Assembly: GCA_945919455.1 (NCBI GenBank)
Contig: CAMEJH010000002.1
Span: 4,492-68,491 of the forward strand
Reading direction: 5' to 3'
Length of the DNA stretch: 64,000 nucleotides
Origin: an uncultured Clostridium sp.
GTDB taxonomy: Bacteria > Bacillota > Clostridia > TANB77 > CAG-508
Part shown: positions 58,301-64,000 of the stretch, in pieces
Numbering within the stretch: position 1 is the stretch's first letter
Layout of the letters: each line of letters opens with the position of its first letter
Notes under the pieces: generated by a model
Database searches by the model: none
Seen by the model: the letters and a program-made list of their open reading frames with translations, nothing else
What the model was told of the DNA's origin: nothing
Position numbers and translations under genes: made by a program

Positions 58301-59756
58301 ATTCTATGTACGAATTGTTTAACTCTCTATATTGACTGGTGTTATAATGATATGTATGATTATATATACGTATATTTTGTTCCATTCTATAGTACCCACT
58401 TGAATCAGTTGTTGTATTAGCTAAAACATCTCCATTAGCATTCTTCCAATAGACTTCTACTCCTTCTATTCCTTTTTCTCCTGAACTTTTTTTACTATCT
58501 ATTGTATTACCTTTTCCATAGAATCCATCTTCCCATACAATACCTTCTACTGATACATTTCCATCTCCAGGTCCTGGATTCTCTTCTTCTGGTTCTTCCT
58601 TCCAGTTTTCTAATTGTATTGTTTTTGATTCTTTTTCATCAATTTGTATAGTCCAACTTTGGCCTATATTATAATCATTATTATAACCTTCGTTTGGATT
58701 TCTTGTTTCTGTTATAGTATATGTACCTGCAGTTAATCCTTTTATATTAATTGAACTATATCTTGACAATCCTGTTGTAAATTCCAAAGCATCTAACTTG
58801 TTTTCAGAATATCCTACAATTTCATTATTATATGATGAAATATATTTTCCTATTGTATCATTTTTTATTATAAATGATACTTTTGCTAGTTCAGTTCCTG
58901 ATTCTTCATCAACTTTGTTAATAGTTAACTCTGTCTTTGGAACTTCTTCTGGAATAGCTATCATCAAATATTGAAGTCTTTTTGCACCTTTATGCTCCAG
59001 AATATATATTTTTATTTTTTTATTATATTGATCAAGTACACCATTTAGTGATGCTTCTCTAACTTCATCAATTATTGGAACTACATATGTCCAACCATCT
59101 TTTGTTGTTTCATCCCAGTTAACTCCATTTTCCCCAAAACTATCTGACGAATAGATATCCTGTAGTCCAAAATAGTCTCTATTACTTAGTTGTGGTCCAT
59201 CATTTATAACTATTCCATTTTCATCTTTAACTTGATCAGGATCCCATTCTAGCCATGTAAACAAATACATATATAATGCTTTTTGAGCTTTTGTATAATT
59301 TTTATATTCACCATATCTATTTTCATATCTAGATAATATTTCAGCTAATATAATATTTGAATTATCTTTTCTGCTAATACTTGTTCCTGGGATGCTAAGT
59401 TCATCACCATTAATTTCCATGTATTTTGTTACTGTATAACTATATATATTAGGTAAGTCTTGATTGTGTTCCATACAGTATAATTCTGTACTTCCCTTTA
59501 ATGTTGTATTTCCTATCATTAATGTTTGTCCTATTGCATTAGTTCCTAGATCATCTGCTTTAAATTTATTAACGTAATCAATACAGTCTTGTTTTCTTTC
59601 ATCAGAAAACCATTCTGTATAATCCGAATTATTTTTAATTTTATCAACAATGGCTGGATCAACGTAATCATAGGAATCAGCATAAGAAATATTATACATT
59701 AATATTATTAATAGTGCAGTTGTTAATGTTGTTATTACTATTTTTATTTTACTCAT
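55356..59756 (-). CDS. very large (1466 aa) secreted adhesin/pilin-like protein with Cna-B/SdrD-B-type repeats and C-terminal sorting-signal-like tail (PPTG + TM + KKKVIG)
   Basis: Signal peptide MSKIKIVITTLTTALLIILMYNISYA. Repeated GxVWEDxxxxG...GxxxDxxGxYxF segments. C-terminal hydrophobic anchor. Confidence 0.6.
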   Translation of the reverse strand: MSKIKIVITTLTTALLIILMYNISYADSYDYVDPAIVDKIKNNSDYTEWFSDERKQDCIDYVNKFKADDLGTNAIGQTLMIGNTTLKGSTELYCMEHNQDLPNIYSYTVTKYMEINGDELSIPGTSISRKDNSNIILAEILSRYENRYGEYKNYTKAQKALYMYLFTWLEWDPDQVKDENGIVINDGPQLSNRDYFGLQDIYSSDSFGENGVNWDETTKDGWTYVVPIIDEVREASLNGVLDQYNKKIKIYILEHKGAKRLQYLMIAIPEEVPKTELTINKVDEESGTELAKVSFIIKNDTIGKYISSYNNEIVGYSENKLDALEFTTGLSRYSSINIKGLTAGTYTITETRNPNEGYNNDYNIGQSWTIQIDEKESKTIQLENWKEEPEEENPGPGDGNVSVEGIVWEDGFYGKGNTIDSKKSSGEKGIEGVEVYWKNANGDVLANTTTDSSGYYRMEQNIRIYNHTYHYNTSQYRELNNSYIEFKYNGLKYTTVAATTSGSNTSKATESENSRKLLDNQFEEITKDEVKSNGTRRFGLSYTTGNNSSQLQQDITDFTVRANTKLTGVNSLLSRYAETETSRYCYDEYTHRVSCKKHGSHRCTHHYYDQEIDEWHIYNMNLGLVGREQPDLAIVSDINKVRVIMKGQEYTYKYNSRGIQSPNEELFDYTVKFTGKYTQEYRRPVNPSDIAYVNKHGTEDLQVYVTYDIRVKNQSTTLSARVQEIVNYYDANYTFNAGPWTSPSKYGDTYNGKYKAMYSQALSGQIIQPGQMSDIIQVEYRVNDNVIKRLLTEDALLKNISEIYAYSSFYGSNTMCAETETAQEKGWTGGRYAGIDQDSAPGNTVPGKGPNEDDTDIAPTFVLCKDPNYKIISGTVWEDTNTRTGERIGDGKYNSSTENSVEGVQVQLLKVNDDGTTEPAYLYYISGNRAERKLAVAYTKSDGHYQFGEDTTEGVVVDNYIIRYTYGNDKTTLVDVDKSPNTYSVDLQTKINNNIINARNYKSTVITEPIIKNMINGSNNSTMWHLTTNNNYSIAVDDLKERLRVQSLKYSNFDDPVNMSAYTRPFRVQIEYTKDQNSDVNIDGEKKNGKFDHDWTIFDFGIIERAREDIVVDKTISNLKITLANGQVLTEGNPYAEKMNYVKALGDKDIKTRADAVKAKEKFLYIEMDSESIQGARLDITYAITVTNNSEKDYEYEYEYNDIDENKCFITKNRNANYYYYGEQTTPLIISTVEWLVDYVDPELTCTVGDETNRDDVNGINKLTFTNDTTGVTTYRWEQVKPGTNADGTVKSPADILREQGLISEKTKEKLNKENYLIFKTNYFYNVTSGSSKTLNLFASKLLANQAEDYTYENHVEILQLNGKIARNIDSVNDGKQITKTYKPGDYLPSLKRTIDKDMTKNDIQNNIISLKNGATLHEQDDDMITIRITPPTGLENNTIIYIAVGAVALIVLAGGIYLIKKKVIG

Positions 59757-59775
59757 TGCTTTTACCTCCTTTCCT

Positions 59776-62700
59776 TTAATTTATGCCTTTACTTTTTTTA
59801 AATATCAAATATATTGCAAAGCCTATTAATGCTGTGTTAATTATTATTAATATTGTATATGATACGTTTTTAGCTCCTGTACTTATACTTATAATAACAT
59901 CTGCTGCTCCAAGGTCATCTTCACCTTTTACTAAATTATTTGGTGTTGAATCTGTATCTACTTTTCCAATATCATTAAAGCATTCTTCTATTTCTGCTCT
60001 ATTATTAATTAATCCTGTATTATTTTCTGTCATTTTCTTCGTTAATATTAATTTAACTTCTCTTGTTTCACCTGGTTGTATTCTATCATTTGCTAAACTC
60101 TTTGTATGTAAATTTTCTCCTGCTAAATACCAATCAGGGTTTAATTCAGAGCTGAATTCTAGTCCGCTTGGTAAATAGTCCACAATACTATTTACATTTC
60201 CAGCTAATTCTCCTGTATTTTTTACTCTTATTGTATATTCTAATACTACTACGGAATTATTCAATTGTTTTCTATTTATCTCAACCTTTTGAAATACTGA
60301 ATCATTGTATTCATATGTTTTTGTTCCTTTTTGATTTTGTATAGAAATTCTACTTATATATTTATTTAATTCTAAATCAAAATTCAATTTTTCTTTTAAT
60401 CCTATATTAATATTAGTAATATTTTTTGTTAAATTAATTGTATTGGTTACTGCATACAATTTTTCATTTCCATCTATTGTAATTGCTTTTAAAACAACAT
60501 TTGAATTTTTGCTCTCTTCAATTCCATCTTTCATATAATCAGTTAGTTCATATTGTGTTATATCATATTCAAATAGAACAATATATTCCCCTTTAGTTAT
60601 ATTAGTAAATATATATTCTCCATCTTCGTTTGTTGTTGTTTCTATTATATTATCATTAAAATCTTTAGCAATATCATTTGTTAAAACATCAAATAATTTT
60701 ACATTTACATTTGATAATAGTTTTTCATTTGATTCTTTTTGTCCATTCTGATTTTCGTCTAACCAAGCCTTTCCTCTAATGTTATATGTTTTATTAATAT
60801 TATTATTGCCATTATCGTTATTATTATCACCATTGTCGTCACTATTGTTGCCATTATCGTCATATTCGTTTTCGAAAATATGTGATACTTCTTCAGAAGT
60901 GTCAACAATTTTTGACAAAACTTTCACTTTAGCAATATTAGTAATTTCTTCTGTTTCAAATTGTTCATCTGTATACTTTACTTTTGTTATGATTGTTAGT
61001 TGAATTTTTTCTTCAGGTTTTATAAAAATAGAATAATCTATATTATTGCTAATTTTATAAATATAAGTTTCATTTTCATTTACATCTGTTGTTTGAAATT
61101 TTACATCTCCATTAACACTTATTTCTTGAACTTTTAAATATTCAGAAATGTCATCAATTATAGATATAGATTGTATATAAGTTCCTGTACTTTCAATAGT
61201 CATATTATATTCAATTATATCACCAATGTGAACATATTCTCCATTATTTGGAGTTGTTAATTTGATAGTTGCTCCTGATTTTTCTACATCTCTTATTACT
61301 ATATTTGATCTATATGTTTTTCCATCAGTATCTGTTACTTTTAAGGTTACTTTTATATTTTCTAAAAGTTCTTCTTTTACTGTAGCTGTTAGTTTTAAGT
61401 ATATTACATCATTTGCGGATATTTCGCTTATAGGATTATTATTGGCATCTGTTATATTAGTTATATTTGAGTCTGTATCTTTTAAGTATTTTACAGTTAA
61501 TCCTTCTGTTATTATTTGCATATTTAAACCATCTAGTGTTTCATTAGACAAGTTTTCTATAAATAATCCATATTGTAATGTTGTTCCTGGTGTAACAGCA
61601 ATTCTTTCATCAGTAATGTTTTTAATTGTTACTCTAAATTTTGATGTATCTAATATTGTTTTTAATTCTTGACTCTCTGTAGTAACTTCTTGATATATTG
61701 CTATTGCTTTATTTGATATTTGTTGTTCTTCTGTTATATCCATATTTACTCTTACATCATAATTGATTGTATATTCTTGTCCTGGTGCTAATGTTGATAT
61801 TGATTCACTTTTTTCTTTTATGTCTAGCTTTTCTTCAAAATATGAAGCTCCTGAATATATATATCCTAAATCTTCATTTCCTTGGTCTTCTCCTGTATTT
61901 TCTGCTGTGGCTTTTTCAGGTTCTACATAGACAGTACCTTCTGGAACTCCACCTTTAATTACAACATTTTCTAATGTTTGTGTTCCATTATTTTTTACTG
62001 TAGCAGTATATCTTATAACTTCTCCTGCTTTTACTGTATCTCCACTATTTAAAGTTTCGTTTCCAACTGTTGCTGATATTTTTGTTTCTAACTTAACACC
62101 TTGTCCAGTTGTAATTCCGACTAAAGTAGATTTAACTTTTTGCGCTGTCGTATCAGTTCCTTCATTATATATAACTTGATATCCAGCATATGATATTAAA
62201 TCATAATCCAATGTTAATGGTAATGTTACTGTATATGTTGTACTAAATGTTTCTGCATTTGCTATTGTTGGTATTACTATTAAATATGCTCTTGGATTTG
62301 CAACTTCTGCTAAATTTTGTTTCCATCCATTGTTTGTATCATTTATATCTGATGTAGCATTCATATTATTTGTATAATATACAGTGGCATTTGACGCTGT
62401 TATTGCTGATTTTAATGTCGTTGTAAATGTATTTTTAATAGTTTCTGTTCCATATGTAAATTCTCCGCTTGTTGGTAATATTCCTAATATTTTTACATTA
62501 TTTACATCACTTTTTGTATTATTTACTAATGATACATCAAATTTTACATCTGTTCTACCAGCTGTATTTTTGTCCACATTTGCTAATTGCTTATCTTGGC
62601 TTATTCCTCCAATTCCTTCTATATTATAAGTTTCAATATTATTTACAGGTATTAAGCCACTTGGTGATACTATAGCTATTTCTTTTTCAACCACTCCCAT

Positions 62701-64000
62701 GTCTGTTCTTCCACCGTCATATTGAGCAGCATTCTCGTTTGTATATGTCATTGTTATTTTGTCTGTACTACTTGGAGTCAATTTTGATAATGTCATATTT
62801 AAATTTATTTGCAAATATACTTGTGTTTCTGTCTCTGGATAACTCATTTGTTCTCCATTTAATATTATATTTATAATTTTATTAGTTTGATCATATTCAG
62901 CCTTTATCTCAAATTCATCTGAATATAAACGATTTATACTATTTACCTTTATTGCTTCTACAGATTTTGGCAACTGAATTTGTATTGTTGGATTTTTATA
63001 TAAATCATATTGTACTCCATCTGTAATTAATTTTATTCCTAGTATAAGTTCATTATTTGTTGTCATTGTTGACAATGTATCTTTATTTACTGTTAATTCT
63101 GCTTTTGTTATTGTTTCTTTTAATTCTATGCTTGATTCAATGGAATTCTCTACAACTTGACTTTCTCCTAACATTCCAGTTACAGTATTTTTTAAAGTTA
63201 TTGTTTTTAAATTTTTTATTTGTTCTGCTTTATAAGAATTTTCTCCAATTGCTTTTGTATATTCAATTTCAAGTACTCCTGCTTTTTCTGGCTTACTTGT
63301 TATTATTGTTATTTCGTTCACATCTGTTGTATAATTTACCACAATATTTCCGTTTTCATTTACTTCCGTATCTTTTGTAACATATTGTATTGTTTCTCCA
63401 TCATTTATTTGAATACTTCCATCCTGTCCTAAAATTGATAACATTTTTTCCTTATTTATTTCTGTTCTTAAAAATTTAGTATTAGCATCTAATTCTGTAC
63501 CTTTTTCTGTTTTAAACGCGTCTGGACCTTCATGTATTCTTATACTATCCACAAGTTCTAAATTTGTAATTTCTAGTACTGTTTTTGTTTTATATTCAAT
63601 ATCTTGTTTTTGTTCAGATTTTGAATTTACATATAACTGTCCTTTATATAACTCCGTAGTATTTTCTTCAATTTTTGTTGAAATTGTTTTATTTAATGAT
63701 TGATTTTGAATACCTTTTGTATATTCAGCTGTATATGTATTTGATGAATTATATAGTGTTATTTCTGAATTCGTTTTTATTTCAACAGTACTTGCATCTA
63801 CATTTTCACTATAAATTAAAGTTACTACTAATTCATCATAAGAATTTTTATTCCATGTTATATTATTTTCCCCATCAGGTTCATTTTTTAAAGTTATTTG
63901 AAGTTTTCCATTTTCATTTTCATTTTTGTAATCTTCTATATTATAGTCTGCTTTTCCATTTGTTGCTTTTGTTTCTAATGCTAATATTTTGACTTCTTCA
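59776..64000 (-). CDS. very large surface protein (more than 1400 aa), 5' end beyond window; Cna-B-type and Ig-like repeats, low-complexity D/N/G tract, C-terminal TM anchor
   Basis: The minus-strand frame stays open upstream of the GTG at 63552 to the window edge. Codons 63553-63720 read ...TKGIQNQSLNKTISTKIEENTTELYKGQLYV... with no stop. C-terminus ...ILIIINTALIGFAIYLIFKKSKGIN. Confidence 0.5.
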   Translation of the reverse strand, partial: EEVKILALETKATNGKADYNIEDYKNENENGKLQITLKNEPDGENNITWNKNSYDELVVTLIYSENVDASTVEIKTNSEITLYNSSNTYTAEYTKGIQNQSLNKTISTKIEENTTELYKGQLYVNSKSEQKQDIEYKTKTVLEITNLELVDSIRIHEGPDAFKTEKGTELDANTKFLRTEINKEKMLSILGQDGSIQINDGETIQYVTKDTEVNENGNIVVNYTTDVNEITIITSKPEKAGVLEIEYTKAIGENSYKAEQIKNLKTITLKNTVTGMLGESQVVENSIESSIELKETITKAELTVNKDTLSTMTTNNELILGIKLITDGVQYDLYKNPTIQIQLPKSVEAIKVNSINRLYSDEFEIKAEYDQTNKIINIILNGEQMSYPETETQVYLQINLNMTLSKLTPSSTDKITMTYTNENAAQYDGGRTDMGVVEKEIAIVSPSGLIPVNNIETYNIEGIGGISQDKQLANVDKNTAGRTDVKFDVSLVNNTKSDVNNVKILGILPTSGEFTYGTETIKNTFTTTLKSAITASNATVYYTNNMNATSDINDTNNGWKQNLAEVANPRAYLIVIPTIANAETFSTTYTVTLPLTLDYDLISYAGYQVIYNEGTDTTAQKVKSTLVGITTGQGVKLETKISATVGNETLNSGDTVKAGEVIRYTATVKNNGTQTLENVVIKGGVPEGTVYVEPEKATAENTGEDQGNEDLGYIYSGASYFEEKLDIKEKSESISTLAPGQEYTINYDVRVNMDITEEQQISNKAIAIYQEVTTESQELKTILDTSKFRVTIKNITDERIAVTPGTTLQYGLFIENLSNETLDGLNMQIITEGLTVKYLKDTDSNITNITDANNNPISEISANDVIYLKLTATVKEELLENIKVTLKVTDTDGKTYRSNIVIRDVEKSGATIKLTTPNNGEYVHIGDIIEYNMTIESTGTYIQSISIIDDISEYLKVQEISVNGDVKFQTTDVNENETYIYKISNNIDYSIFIKPEEKIQLTIITKVKYTDEQFETEEITNIAKVKVLSKIVDTSEEVSHIFENEYDDNGNNSDDNGDNNNDNGNNNINKTYNIRGKAWLDENQNGQKESNEKLLSNVNVKLFDVLTNDIAKDFNDNIIETTTNEDGEYIFTNITKGEYIVLFEYDITQYELTDYMKDGIEESKNSNVVLKAITIDGNEKLYAVTNTINLTKNITNINIGLKEKLNFDLELNKYISRISIQNQKGTKTYEYNDSVFQKVEINRKQLNNSVVVLEYTIRVKNTGELAGNVNSIVDYLPSGLEFSSELNPDWYLAGENLHTKSLANDRIQPGETREVKLILTKKMTENNTGLINNRAEIEECFNDIGKVDTDSTPNNLVKGEDDLGAADVIISISTGAKNVSYTILIIINTALIGFAIYLIFKKSKGIN

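Overview
This is a very AT-rich Firmicute (Clostridium-like) chromosomal segment. Nearly every gene from 5.7 kb to 39.4 kb lies on the minus strand. Coordinates 1-5.3 kb hold housekeeping and surface genes: a J-domain protein start, a histidine phosphatase, an Asp/Thr-repeat wall protein with its sortase B, and a YfcE phosphoesterase. The last gene in this stretch is a membrane AgrC-like histidine kinase ORF that runs in-frame into a Nudix hydrolase. From about 5.3 kb to 39.6 kb the content is accessory and rich in defence genes. A left block (5.3-19.3 kb) carries a Spo0A-like orphan regulator, a tightly overlapping 5-gene operon (small protein, 847-aa protein with a sigma-70 region-4-like HTH, 637-aa GHKL ATPase, two unknowns), an ArsC/Spx-like protein, a Dam-family methyltransferase with a PD-(D/E)xK endonuclease, three Nudix paralogues (one fused to a pyrophosphatase-like domain), an ASCH protein and a pRiA4b ORF-3-like protein. 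A right block (19.3-39.6 kb) is bounded by imperfect ~190-bp direct repeats that include the 3' half of an initiator tRNA-Met gene, the intact copy at 39513-39587. This block contains a TIR, caspase-like and TIR-like (DUF1863) trio, a DUF4143 AAA ATPase, and an E1-like, Ubl-like and Zn-ribbon cluster. It also holds an ImmA/IrrE-XRE pair, a Type III R-M system (mod and res), a UvrD-like helicase fused to a Cas4/RecB-like Fe-S nuclease, and a KAP P-loop NTPase. No integrase, transposase or CRISPR array is visible anywhere in the window. Downstream of the tRNA lies core-like genome: comEA, a D-Ala-D-Ala carboxypeptidase, an LCP protein, CvpA, a GldA/F/G-like ABC transporter, a UPF0016 transporter, an ABC-F ATPase, CapA and tRNA-Lys(CTT). 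The window ends with three very large LPXTG-type surface proteins, the last running off the window edge. A 19-nt extended -10 motif (AGTGATATAATTGTGGAAA on the coding strand) recurs upstream of three genes, and several hairpin terminators and two odd GC-rich elements were also seen. All functional calls rest on motif recognition by eye, since no database search could be run.
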